A stretch of DNA of 64,000 nucleotides, taken from an uncultured Actinomycetes bacterium (lineage in GTDB: Bacteria > Actinomycetota > JAICYB01). Below the pieces are notes generated by a model that was not told where the DNA came from, searched no databases, and saw only the letters and a list, made by a program, of their open reading frames with translations. This document shows positions 9,617 to 18,568 of the stretch, one piece after another. How positions within the stretch are numbered: the stretch's first letter is position 1; every line of letters begins with the position of its first letter. Location of the stretch: the NCBI GenBank assembly GCA_964520325.1, contig CAZFOB010000017.1, forward strand, positions 1,898 to 65,897. The letters run 5' to 3'. A program made the translations under genes and the position numbers.

Positions 9617-10276
9617 ATGATTCGGTCCGTGTCGAAAGTCAAGAGGGCCAAGAAGCCGCGCACATACACGTCGAGCATCCGGCGCGGCGAGGCACCCGCT
9701 CGTGTGTGCGCCGCGGCACACCGCCTCTTCGCTGCAAAGGGCTATGTAGCCACCTCGATTGCGGACATCTCTGCCGAGGCCGGAGTCGCTCGTCCAACCG
9801 TCTTCACGGCCGTCGGGCCCAAGCCGGTCATCCTCCGTGCGGTCGTCGATCAAGCGCTCGCAGGCGACGATGCGCTCGTTCCGATCGCCGAACGCCCCTG
9901 GTGGCGTGAGGCGATCGAAGAGCCCGATCCCGCGAGATCGATCGAACTGCACGCCCGCAACATGTGCCGTATCTCGCAGAGTGCAGCGCCGGTACTACGG
10001 GCGCTGGAGGTCGCCGCTTCGATCGACCCGGACGCTGCGAAGGTGTGGAAGCGATGGCAACGTCAGCGCTGGACCGGTCTCAGCGAGTTTGCCGTCGCCC
10101 TCGCGCGCAAGACGACCGAGCTCAGATGCGACGAAGAGACGATGACGGGGACGATGTGGACGTTGTCGCCGGACGCATATCTTCGGCTCGTCCACGACGC
10201 GGGTTGGCCGATCGAGCGGTACCAGGCGTGGCTCACGGACCTTATGCAGCGCCTCTTCTTATCTGATCTCCATTGA
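9617..10276 (+). CDS. TetR/AcrR family transcriptional regulator
   Basis: N-terminal HTH (AAAHRLFAAKGYVATSIADISAEAGVARPTVF). Divergent from the cupin gene. Confidence 0.8.
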   Translation: MIRSVSKVKRAKKPRTYTSSIRRGEAPARVCAAAHRLFAAKGYVATSIADISAEAGVARPTVFTAVGPKPVILRAVVDQALAGDDALVPIAERPWWREAIEEPDPARSIELHARNMCRISQSAAPVLRALEVAASIDPDAAKVWKRWQRQRWTGLSEFAVALARKTTELRCDEETMTGTMWTLSPDAYLRLVHDAGWPIERYQAWLTDLMQRLFLSDLH

Positions 10277-10300
10277 AGACCTAGCCTCACTACGCCAAGG

Positions 10301-10468
10301 TCAGCTGAGCCGGTGCGTCACTACAGCTTCGCTGAACCCTCGCATCGGGCGCGGGGCCAACTCTTCGCCCACGTCTTCCGCCGCAGGTAGTAGAGCGACG
10401 AAGTCCTTCGTAGCAAGCAACTGCCCGGGTTCCGCCGCTGCGACCAACCGAGCGGCGAGGTTGACGGG
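10301..10468 (-). pseudogene. C-terminal remnant (55 codons) of a class III adenylate/guanylate cyclase catalytic domain
   Basis: Minus-strand translation PVNLAARLVAAAEPGQLLATKDFVALLPAAEDVGEELAPRPMRGFSEAVVTHRLS* carries the hallmark VNLAARL…PGQ(I/L)L motif. An in-frame stop sits immediately upstream at 10469-10471, so there is no intact gene. Confidence 0.45.
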
Positions 10469-10590
10469 CTAGAGAGTCAGATCGTGACCGGCAGCGTTAC
10501 CAGCCCACGGGGTGCATGCAGTTGTCCTTCACTAGGTGGCTTCAGCGGGTTGTCCGGTTTCCTTCCAGGCGGTCGATCGGATCGGGGCTC

Positions 10591-11103
10591 CTACTGATCG
10601 CCCCGGAAATCGCCCGCGTCGCGCCTAAGCTTCTCGATCGTTGTCGTGATCCCGTCGAGCTCGTCGGTCGTCAGTGGCTGCGTGAAGAACGCTTCATCGT
10701 TCAGGATCTCGGTCGCCGACTCAGCCGCGCGACGTCCGTCCTTCGTTATCTCGGCGAGCGTTGCGCGACGGTCGCTTTCGTGTGGGACGCGCCGAACGAG
10801 TCCGTCGGCTTCTAGACCGTCGACGATGCTCGTCACGCTCGTCGGATGCACTTGTAGGCGTTCGCCGATCTTGCCGAGCGGCAGAGCCCCGGTGCGGCTG
10901 AAGAGGAGAAGCATCAGCGCTTCGTAGCGTGCGAACGTCAGCCCGAAGGGACGGAGTGCTTCGTTGAAGCGCGCGATGAGCAGCTGCTGGGCCCGCATGA
11001 TCGACGTGACGGCGGCCATCGCGGGAGCCGGCGCACGGCCCCAGCGCGACTCCCAGTGCCGCCTGGCTTCGGCGATCGGGTCGAAAGGCAGAGGCTTCGT
11101 CAC
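10591..11103 (-). CDS. MarR family transcriptional regulator
   Basis: Winged-helix MarR signature (…LTFARYEALMLLLFSRTGALPLGKIGERLQVHPTSVTSIVDGLEADGLVRR…). Confidence 0.8.
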   Translation of the reverse strand: MTKPLPFDPIAEARRHWESRWGRAPAPAMAAVTSIMRAQQLLIARFNEALRPFGLTFARYEALMLLLFSRTGALPLGKIGERLQVHPTSVTSIVDGLEADGLVRRVPHESDRRATLAEITKDGRRAAESATEILNDEAFFTQPLTTDELDGITTTIEKLRRDAGDFRGDQ

Positions 11104-11142
11104 ACCGATATACTAGGACGTCCGACCATCGGAGTCCCGAAG

Positions 11143-12822
11143 ATGACCGACGAAGTAGAGGCTGACCTGGAACGTCAGGCGCTCGCGTGGCAGGAGAAGT
11201 ACGACGCGGCTCCGGAGCGCGACGCGGACTTCGAAACGATGTCCGGCATCCCTCTCAAGCCCATCTACACCCCGCTCGATAGCCGCGACCGGAGCTATGA
11301 GGACACGATCGGGTTCCCCGGCGAGTATCCGTACACGCGCGGCGTCTATACCTCCGGACACCGCGGACGCCTGTGGACCATGCGTCAGTTCGCCGGCTTC
11401 GGTTCGGCCGCCGACACCAACGAGCGGTACCACTTCCTGATGGCGCAGGGACAGACGGGGCTCTCCGTTGCGTTCGACATGCCCGCGCTGATGGGACGCG
11501 ACGCCGACGATCCGCTCTCGCTCGGCGAGGTCGGACGGTGCGGCGCATCCGTTTCGTCGCTGCGCGACATGGAGGCGCTCTTCAACGGCATCCCGCTCGG
11601 CGACATCTCCACATCGATGACGATCTCAGGTCCGGCCGCGACGTTCTTCTGTTACTACCTCGCGGTGGCCGAGCAGCAGGGCGTGCCGTTCGAGCTGCTC
11701 GACGGCACCTGTCAGACCGACATCCTCAAGGAGTACATCGCGCAGAAGGAGTGGGTGTACCCGCCTCGTCCTCACTTGCGACTGATGGGCGACATGATGG
11801 AGTTCTGCGCCGAGAAGATGCCGAAGTACCACCCGATATCGGTGTCCGGCTACCACATCCGCGAAGCAGGATCGACGGCGGCGCAGGAGCTCGCATTCAC
11901 GCTCGCCGACGGCTTCGCCTACGTCGAGCTCGGCCTGCAGCGCGGACTCGACATCGACGTCTTCGGTCCTCAGCTCTCATTCTTCTTCAACTCGCACATC
12001 GACTTCTTCGAGGAGATCGCGAAGTTCCGTGCGGCTCGCCGCATCTGGGCACGGTGGATGAAACAACGCTACGGCGCCAAGGATCCGAAGTCGATGCTGT
12101 GTCGCTTCCACGTGCAGACGGCCGGGTGTTCGCTCACGCTTCAACAGCCGTACAACAACGTCGTGCGCACGGCGCTCGAAGCACTGGCCGGGGTACTCGG
12201 CGGCGCGCAGTCGCTGCACACGAACTCGCTGGACGAGGTGTTTGCGCTTCCATCGGAGGAGTCGGTCGAGATTGCCCTCCGGACTCAACAGGTGATCGCG
12301 CACGAGACCGGCGTGACCAACGTGATCGATCCTCTCGGCGGGTCGTACTTCCTCGAGTCGCTCACCGATCGCATCGAGGAAGAGGCCGAGGAGTACTTCA
12401 AGCGCATCGAGAAGATGGGCGAGGGGTCGATGCTCGAGGGGTGCGTCCGCGGTGTGGACGACGGCTTCTTCCAGATGGAGATCGCCGAGGCCGCCTACCG
12501 GCAGCAGAAGCGTTTCGACAACAAGCGCGCGGTTCAGGTCGGCGTCAATGCGTTCACCGAGACCGTTCAGGACCAACCTGAGTTCATGCGCATCGGACAA
12601 GAGGTCGAAGACAGTGCCATAGCCGACCTCAAGCGGCTGCGCGCCGACCGCGACAACGATGCGGCGAAGAAGTCGCTCGCGTCTCTCACCGAGGCTTCGC
12701 GCGGAGACGACAACCTGATCCCGTACATCCTCGACGCGACGCGGGCCTACGCCACGGTCGGGGAGATCGCGCAGGCGATGGCCGACGTCTACGGCCGCTA
12801 CCGGGAGACCCCTCGCTTCTAG
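11143..12822 (+). CDS. Acyl-CoA mutase large (catalytic) subunit without B12-binding domain; isobutyryl-/hydroxybutyryl-CoA mutase-like
   Basis: MCM-family TIM-barrel sequence (GEYPYTRGVYTSGHRGRLWTMRQFAGFG; LSVAFDMPALMGRDADDP). Ends about 560 aa, before where the B12 domain would begin. Phe in the RQFAGFG motif is the ICM-type residue (MCM has Tyr). Confidence 0.8.
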   Translation: MTDEVEADLERQALAWQEKYDAAPERDADFETMSGIPLKPIYTPLDSRDRSYEDTIGFPGEYPYTRGVYTSGHRGRLWTMRQFAGFGSAADTNERYHFLMAQGQTGLSVAFDMPALMGRDADDPLSLGEVGRCGASVSSLRDMEALFNGIPLGDISTSMTISGPAATFFCYYLAVAEQQGVPFELLDGTCQTDILKEYIAQKEWVYPPRPHLRLMGDMMEFCAEKMPKYHPISVSGYHIREAGSTAAQELAFTLADGFAYVELGLQRGLDIDVFGPQLSFFFNSHIDFFEEIAKFRAARRIWARWMKQRYGAKDPKSMLCRFHVQTAGCSLTLQQPYNNVVRTALEALAGVLGGAQSLHTNSLDEVFALPSEESVEIALRTQQVIAHETGVTNVIDPLGGSYFLESLTDRIEEEAEEYFKRIEKMGEGSMLEGCVRGVDDGFFQMEIAEAAYRQQKRFDNKRAVQVGVNAFTETVQDQPEFMRIGQEVEDSAIADLKRLRADRDNDAAKKSLASLTEASRGDDNLIPYILDATRAYATVGEIAQAMADVYGRYRETPRF

Positions 12823-12862
12823 CCGTTGTACGCTGTCCGCTTTCGGGGGAGAGGGATCAGAC

Positions 12863-13912
12863 GTGCTTCGTATCGGCGCCGCTGTGATCACGGAGATCGA
12901 TCCTCGTTCGCTCTCCGACGACGAGATCGACGAACTGACGGCGTTCGGTCACGTGCTCGAACGAGAGTCTGCGCCGGACGACCCGGTGACGCCGCTCGAT
13001 GTAGGGCGCGCTTGGCACCGCACGATCCCGGGATTCATCGTGCTTCGAGAGTTCGTGGCTCGAGACGGCGACGGCCGGGTCGTTGCAAGGTGCTCGACGT
13101 CGTGGGCGAAGCGAGAAGAGAACCAACACATCCTGGGCATCTCGATCGGGGTTGCGCCGGACCACCGCAGGCGGGCATTGGGTACCGAGCTCCTCCGCCT
13201 CGCTTCCGTCGCGGCAGACGATGCCGGCAAGCGCCTCATGATGTTCTCCACGACCGACCGTGTTCCCCCTGCAGAAGCGTTCGCGCGAGCGATCGGTGCC
13301 GAGGCCGGCCTCGTCGGCCACACGAACCGTCTTCTCACCGCCGACGTCGATCGTGAGCTGATACTGCGATGGGCCGCCGAAGGACCGGGTCGCGCGCCGG
13401 GGTACAGCCTGGTCTCGCTCGACGGACGCTATCCCGACGAGCTCATCGAGCAGATCCTGGATCTATCGGCCGTGATGAACACCGCGCCGCGCGACAAACT
13501 CGACGTCGAGGACAACATCCCGAACGTCGAGTACGAGCGCGAGCACGAGAAGTCGTTCTTCGCGACGGGGGCCGAGTGTTGGCGGATCCTCGCTCGAGAA
13601 GTTGCGACCGACCGCCTCGTCGGCTGGACGGAGGTCGGATGGTGGCCCCATGAACCGGACACCGTCTGGCAATTCGGAACCGGCGTCCGGCCCGAGCATC
13701 GCGGGCGCGCCCTGGGCAAGTGGCTGAAGGCGACGATGCTGCAGCGCATCTTGGACGAAGCACCGGACGTCGTCGACGTGCGCACGCACAACGCCGATTC
13801 GAACGACCCGATGCTCGGTATCAACCACGAGATGGGGTTCGCGCCCTACCGCACCGACATCAACTGGCAGCTCAAGCTCGAGGACGCGAAGGCGTACCTC
13901 GCGAACATCTAG
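12863..13912 (+). CDS. GNAT family N-acetyltransferase (two-domain)
   Basis: GTG start. Acetyl-CoA-binding-like segments (RRRALGTELLRLA; EHRGRALGKWLKA). Confidence 0.7.
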   Translation: MLRIGAAVITEIDPRSLSDDEIDELTAFGHVLERESAPDDPVTPLDVGRAWHRTIPGFIVLREFVARDGDGRVVARCSTSWAKREENQHILGISIGVAPDHRRRALGTELLRLASVAADDAGKRLMMFSTTDRVPPAEAFARAIGAEAGLVGHTNRLLTADVDRELILRWAAEGPGRAPGYSLVSLDGRYPDELIEQILDLSAVMNTAPRDKLDVEDNIPNVEYEREHEKSFFATGAECWRILAREVATDRLVGWTEVGWWPHEPDTVWQFGTGVRPEHRGRALGKWLKATMLQRILDEAPDVVDVRTHNADSNDPMLGINHEMGFAPYRTDINWQLKLEDAKAYLANI

Positions 13913-13916
13913 GGCC

Positions 13917-14972
13917 ATGCTCGAGGTCGGTGGCGTGGTGATCGGCGAGAAGGACTACTCGTCATTTTCTGAAGACGACATCGTTGCATTCAACGCGTTC
14001 GTCAATGTGATGCACGACGAGGCGTATCCCGAGGACCCCTCGGTACCGCTCGATATCACCCGAGCCGACGTGTTGAACATCCCCGACTTCGTCGCGCTTC
14101 GCGAGTTCTGGGGAAGGGACCCCGATGGCACGATAGCTGCGATGGGGAACGCGGCATGGATGAAGACGGAGGAGAACCGCCATCTCGCCACGATCAGGAT
14201 CGAAGTACGTCCGGATCGCCGCCGCCGAGGAATCGCCAAAGCGATCCTGCGTTGCGCTCTCGACGCCGTGGAGACTGATGGCCGAACCCTTGTTACGACG
14301 TACACGATCGACCGAATCCCCGCTGGTGAGCAGTTCGCGCGATCGGTCGGTGCGGACCCGGGCTCGGCCACCCACACGAACCGCTTAGTGCTCGGAGGAG
14401 TCGATCGCGAGTTGTTGCGGTCGTGGATCGACGACGCCCCGTTGCGCGCGGCCGGCTACTCGCTCGTCTCCATCGACGGACCCTATCCGGACGACTTCGT
14501 CGAAGAGATCGCGGGCGTCTACGGAGTGATGAATACGGCTCCTCGCGATGACCTCGACGTGGAGGACCAGGTCCATACGGTCGATCAGCTGCGACAGCGG
14601 GAGAAGGCCGGGGTCGCGGCCGGCACGACCCGCTGGTCGTTGTTCCCGCGTTGCGACGCGACGGGGGAGTTGGTCGGCCTCACGGTGGTCTACTGGAACC
14701 CGGCCGAGCCGAAGACGGTGTACCAGGGAGACACTGGTGTGCATCCCGATCACCGCGGACACGCGATCGGGAAGTGGCTGAAAGCCGCGATGATCGAACG
14801 CATCCTGGTCGAGCTTCCGGGCGCTGTGGAGATCCGTACCGGTAATGCCGATTCGAACGACGCGATGCTCGGCATCAATCGCGCGCTCGGCTTCGAGCCG
14901 TATATCGCGCAGATGAACTGGCAGGTGCCGGTCGAGCGAGTGCAGAGCTACTTGGCCGGCTCGAGCAGCTGA
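13917..14972 (+). CDS. GNAT family N-acetyltransferase (tandem paralogue)
   Basis: Collinear, about 45% identical to the previous gene (RRRGIAKAILRCA; DHRGHAIGKWLKA). Confidence 0.7.
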   Translation: MLEVGGVVIGEKDYSSFSEDDIVAFNAFVNVMHDEAYPEDPSVPLDITRADVLNIPDFVALREFWGRDPDGTIAAMGNAAWMKTEENRHLATIRIEVRPDRRRRGIAKAILRCALDAVETDGRTLVTTYTIDRIPAGEQFARSVGADPGSATHTNRLVLGGVDRELLRSWIDDAPLRAAGYSLVSIDGPYPDDFVEEIAGVYGVMNTAPRDDLDVEDQVHTVDQLRQREKAGVAAGTTRWSLFPRCDATGELVGLTVVYWNPAEPKTVYQGDTGVHPDHRGHAIGKWLKAAMIERILVELPGAVEIRTGNADSNDAMLGINRALGFEPYIAQMNWQVPVERVQSYLAGSSS

Positions 14973-17233
14973 CGCGATTCGGCGTCGGCCTCGATGCGCT
15001 CCCGGGAGTAAAGCATCGGCTGCAGTCGCACAGCCGCCCAGTCGTCCTGTTGGTCTGTGTAATGCGGGCTCTCGGGATGTCCGGACGATCCGAGCGGCAC
15101 GATCCAGCCGCTGTTGTCCCAGTCGCCGAGATCGAAGACGTAGCGGGCCACCGACGAGTGCAGCACCCACGGGCCGAGCTCGGCGCTTCCCGCGTGCACG
15201 CAATCACCGTCGCCGCCCATCGACACAGACGGCGGGTTGAGCTCATCGGCGACCTCGGGGAAGTTGCGGGACAACGGGTGGACGATCCTCGTCCGATGCA
15301 ACCGGTCCCACGTCCACGTTGACGTTTGGGGGCCGAGCTCCTCGCGGAGAGCGCTGAGCGCTCGCTCCGTCGCTTCGGCGATCGCCGCATCCCATCGCTC
15401 CGGCGTCAACATCTCGCGATCGATCAACCGCACAAGCGCGGTACGAACGCGGGTCTGTGCCGGTGTTGGGTACGGGTCCTCGACGTACGGGTTGGCCAGG
15501 ACGTCGCAGAGGGGTTCTTCTTCAAGGAGCACACCGGCGAGCTCGTGACGCACCGCGGCGTAGATCGAGGCGGCGACGGAGTTGGGCTCCATCGTGCCGT
15601 CCCAGTTGCGCAACAGCTCGGCGACCTCCCCCGTGCCAGAGCCTGTGCCGGAGCCTGTGCCGGAGCCTGTGATGGCCGCTGCGATCGCCGGGGCGATCGC
15701 ACGCGCGGGGTAGGAGACGCGATCGGCGTGCACCGCTGCCATGTCGGCCGGTGTCGTGTTCTTGAGCGCCTGCAGACGCTCAAGAACACGGATAGCTCGG
15801 CCGGGCTGGCTGTAGTCCATCCCGAGGAAGTGCGGGTAGTCGGCGCCGACGACGCGATTATTCGCCGTCACGATCACGCCGGCATCGGGGTTGCGAAGGC
15901 GCGGAGCCTCTTCGAACGGGACGTCGCCCTTCTCCCATTCGTGTTGGCCGGTCCACCCCGGGACGGGGACCCACGCGTTGCTGCGAGAGCGGATCGGTGT
16001 CCGCCCGCGGTACAGGTATGCGATCTCTCCGCTCACGTCCGCGAAGACGACGTTGTTGCACGGATCGACCCAGTCGCGCATCGCGTCGTCGAGCTCGTCG
16101 ACGCTTCTCGCTCGCAGCATCGGCAACACGGTTCGCAGTGAGGAGTTCTGTTGATCGGTTCCCGTCCAACGCATGGCGATCGCCGAGCCCGACGACGGAT
16201 CTCCGAAGATGACTGGGCCGTGGTGCGTTGTGATCGCGTCGATCTCGATGTCGTCGCCGTCGCGCACGTGGATCACTTCGCGCCGGTGTTCTGCGTCGAG
16301 CCATTCCCCGCGGAACTCGTAGCGGCCGTTGTCGTCGAACCGCTCGACGAATAGGTCCTGTGAGTCGGCCATCCCGTGCGTCACGCACCACGCGACGTGC
16401 GCGTTGTGTCCGAAGTGGAACATGCCGACAACGCCGGGCATCGAGAAGCCGGTCGCGTCGAAGTCCGGACATGCGATGTGGTTCTGGTAGTAGACGTTCG
16501 GCGCTTCGAGCGCGCGATGCGGATCGCCGGCGACGAGTGGGGAACCAGATGCGGTGCGCGTGCCGTGCACGGCCCAGTTGTTGCTGCCGTCCGGGGTCGC
16601 CCCGGCGGTGAGTGCGCTCGCGTCGATCTCTTGGCTCGTGGCATGCCACTGCTCCTTCCCGCCGACGGGCACGATGAGCAGGTCGTCGCGTGCGTCCGGT
16701 GAACCGGGCACGACCGCACCGTGGGGGCCGAGTGCGTCGGCGAGCCGAGCACGCCACAGCTTGTTCTCGTACGGCCCCATGAGCGCGTGGCGCACCTTGA
16801 ACACCGCTCCGCAGTGCCACGGCTCCCACGGTGGAGCTTCGATGCCGAGCAGCTCGAACTCGCGCGGCGCGGGCGGGTCCGATCCGAGGAACGCGTTGAT
16901 GCCGGCGGCATACGCCTCGAGCATCGCCTGCGTCTGCTCGTCGAAGCTCTCGTGATCGCTCTGAGCCGAATCGTCGATGCGCATCCGCCGCATGAACGCA
17001 TCGAAGGTGATCGCGCGGGGACCGACGAGCTCGGCGAGGCGTCCGGACGCCCGCCGTCGGTCGTACTCCATCTGCCACAGCCGGTCCTGCGCGTGGACGA
17101 ATCCCTGGCCCAGGAAAGCGTCATGCGTCGAGGTCGCTCGTACGTGAGGGATGCCGAGCCGGTCGCGCAGGATCTCGATCGGACCATCGAGACCGCGAAC
17201 GCTCACGGTCCCGTCGAGCTGGGGGAGCGGCAT
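14948..17233 (-). CDS. Penicillin amidase / N-acyl-homoserine-lactone acylase family protein (Ntn hydrolase, S45)
   Basis: Beta-subunit N-terminus with the Ser nucleophile motif DGSNNWAVHG. Family-wide similarity. No obvious signal peptide. ATG at 17233 chosen. The printed ORF extends to a TTG at 17305. Confidence 0.75.
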   Translation of the reverse strand: MPLPQLDGTVSVRGLDGPIEILRDRLGIPHVRATSTHDAFLGQGFVHAQDRLWQMEYDRRRASGRLAELVGPRAITFDAFMRRMRIDDSAQSDHESFDEQTQAMLEAYAAGINAFLGSDPPAPREFELLGIEAPPWEPWHCGAVFKVRHALMGPYENKLWRARLADALGPHGAVVPGSPDARDDLLIVPVGGKEQWHATSQEIDASALTAGATPDGSNNWAVHGTRTASGSPLVAGDPHRALEAPNVYYQNHIACPDFDATGFSMPGVVGMFHFGHNAHVAWCVTHGMADSQDLFVERFDDNGRYEFRGEWLDAEHRREVIHVRDGDDIEIDAITTHHGPVIFGDPSSGSAIAMRWTGTDQQNSSLRTVLPMLRARSVDELDDAMRDWVDPCNNVVFADVSGEIAYLYRGRTPIRSRSNAWVPVPGWTGQHEWEKGDVPFEEAPRLRNPDAGVIVTANNRVVGADYPHFLGMDYSQPGRAIRVLERLQALKNTTPADMAAVHADRVSYPARAIAPAIAAAITGSGTGSGTGSGTGEVAELLRNWDGTMEPNSVAASIYAAVRHELAGVLLEEEPLCDVLANPYVEDPYPTPAQTRVRTALVRLIDREMLTPERWDAAIAEATERALSALREELGPQTSTWTWDRLHRTRIVHPLSRNFPEVADELNPPSVSMGGDGDCVHAGSAELGPWVLHSSVARYVFDLGDWDNSGWIVPLGSSGHPESPHYTDQQDDWAAVRLQPMLYSRERIEADAESRQLLEPAK
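15628..15671. repeat. About 4 tandem copies of a 12-bp unit (GAGCCTGTGCCG) encoding (GSGT)n inside the acylase gene
   Basis: Read directly: ccgtgccagagcctgtgccggagcctgtgccggagcctgtgatgg. The protein shows GSGTGSGTGSGTG. Confidence 0.8.
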
Positions 17234-17287
17234 CGCGGAATCGTACGCGAGGGAGGTCGGGGTTGACGCTGTCTCCGTCTCAGCGTA

Positions 17288-17307
17288 CTTTGAGCATATG
17301 CTCAAAG
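17288..17307. promoter_or_regulatory. 20-bp perfect palindrome CTTTGAGCATATGCTCAAAG overlapping the start codon of the membrane-protein/TetR operon (candidate TetR operator)
   Basis: Read directly. Perfect dyad centred on CATATG. Lies between the divergent acylase and membrane-protein genes. Confidence 0.5.
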
Positions 17308-17963
17308 CGACCGCTCAAACTAGCCCGAGCGTCCGCGCCGGCTGGATCGGCGTCGGATCCGGCCTGTTGATACCTGCGGTCCTCATGGTCCTTCGGGCTC
17401 GCGACCCTTCGGGCGCCGTCAGCCTGGAGCGTCCCCCGCTCAACGCGATCGCCGTATTCGCCGTCTTAGCCGCTCCCGCGGGCTTGGCGATCCTGGGTCT
17501 GCGACGACGTCCCAACCTGCTTCTGGTCGCGGCGTGCCTCAGCACGCTCATCGCGTTGCCCTTCTACTACTTCGCGCTCCCGATGCTCGCTGCGACCCCG
17601 CTCTACGCCATCGCGTATGCGCGCCAAGTCGCGCGAACGCCACCCCGCTGGACCGAACTCGGCGTTGCCGCTGCGGCCGGAGCTCTGGCACTCGCCGCTG
17701 CTTTCACGTTTTTCTTCATTCGCTCTCCGACGGTGTGCTGGAGCGAAGCGACCTACGAGGACGGAACCGTGCGACGCGCCGCGAAGGTCCAAGTCGATCC
17801 TTCGCGGGGCACGGAGACGTTCCGATCGCGTGACCATGTCGTGAGCAACCGGAGCGGATGTTCGGAGAGTCCGCTCCTTCCGGCACGCTCCATCGCGATC
17901 CTTTCGCTCACGGGAGCGTCGTTGGCGATCGGTTCGCTGGCTCAGAGGAAGATCGTGCCGTGA
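17298..17963 (+). CDS. Polytopic membrane protein (hypothetical)
   Basis: ATG inside the palindrome. About 5 predicted hydrophobic helices. Stop overlaps the GTG of the downstream TetR gene (GTGA). Confidence 0.55.
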   Translation: MLKATAQTSPSVRAGWIGVGSGLLIPAVLMVLRARDPSGAVSLERPPLNAIAVFAVLAAPAGLAILGLRRRPNLLLVAACLSTLIALPFYYFALPMLAATPLYAIAYARQVARTPPRWTELGVAAAAGALALAAAFTFFFIRSPTVCWSEATYEDGTVRRAAKVQVDPSRGTETFRSRDHVVSNRSGCSESPLLPARSIAILSLTGASLAIGSLAQRKIVP

Positions 17964-18568
17964 GCGAAACGAAGGATCGGATCGTCGAGGCTGCGCTCGA
18001 GACTTTGAAGGAGGAGGGGTTCGCGGGCACCAGCGCTCGCGCTATCGCGCGGCGCGGCGACTTCAATCAGGCGCTGATCTTCTACCACTTCGGCACACTC
18101 TCCGACCTGCTGCTCGCTGCGCTCGATCGCACGAGCGAGGTTCGCATGTCGCGGTACCGCGACGCGATGCGGGGAATCTCGACGGTCGAGGATGCCGTCC
18201 AGGTGGCCACCGATCTGTATCGGGAAGATCTCGCGTCCGGACACATCACCGTCATCTCCGAGATGATCGCGGGCTCCCTCGAACGTCCGGACCTCGGCCC
18301 CCAGATCGTCGAGCGCATGCAACCGTGGATCTCGCTGACGACCGGCGCAGTCGAGTCGATGCTCGGATCGCTCGGCGCGACCGGGATCGCACCGGCACCC
18401 ACCGTTGCGTATGCCATCGTCGCGCTCTTCCTCGGGATCAACCTGCTCTCGCACCTCGAGAAGGACACGGCGACGACGGAGGCGCTCTTCGACACCGCGA
18501 AGTTGCTCGCGTCTCTCCTGTCGCAGCTCGGCGTGGGAGCACCGAGGGAACAGACGTCTAGCTCATAG
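17960..18568 (+). CDS. TetR family transcriptional regulator
   Basis: HTH (IVEAALETLKEEGFAGTSARAIARRGDFNQALIFYHFGT). GTG start coupled to the upstream gene. Confidence 0.8.
   Translation: MSETKDRIVEAALETLKEEGFAGTSARAIARRGDFNQALIFYHFGTLSDLLLAALDRTSEVRMSRYRDAMRGISTVEDAVQVATDLYREDLASGHITVISEMIAGSLERPDLGPQIVERMQPWISLTTGAVESMLGSLGATGIAPAPTVAYAIVALFLGINLLSHLEKDTATTEALFDTAKLLASLLSQLGVGAPREQTSSS

Noticed and set aside
15858-17078. Long Arg/Ala/Pro-rich ORFs on alternative frames. Examples are 15858..17078(-), 16381..17187(-), 11373..12581(+), 20113..21750 upstream part, 26962..27906, 50573..51400 and 39635..40510.
   Set aside because: They run antisense to or out of frame with strongly supported genes (acylase, mutase, nadA, iscS, serA, ilvD) and have the RRRA/PRR composition typical of spurious open frames in about 70% GC DNA.
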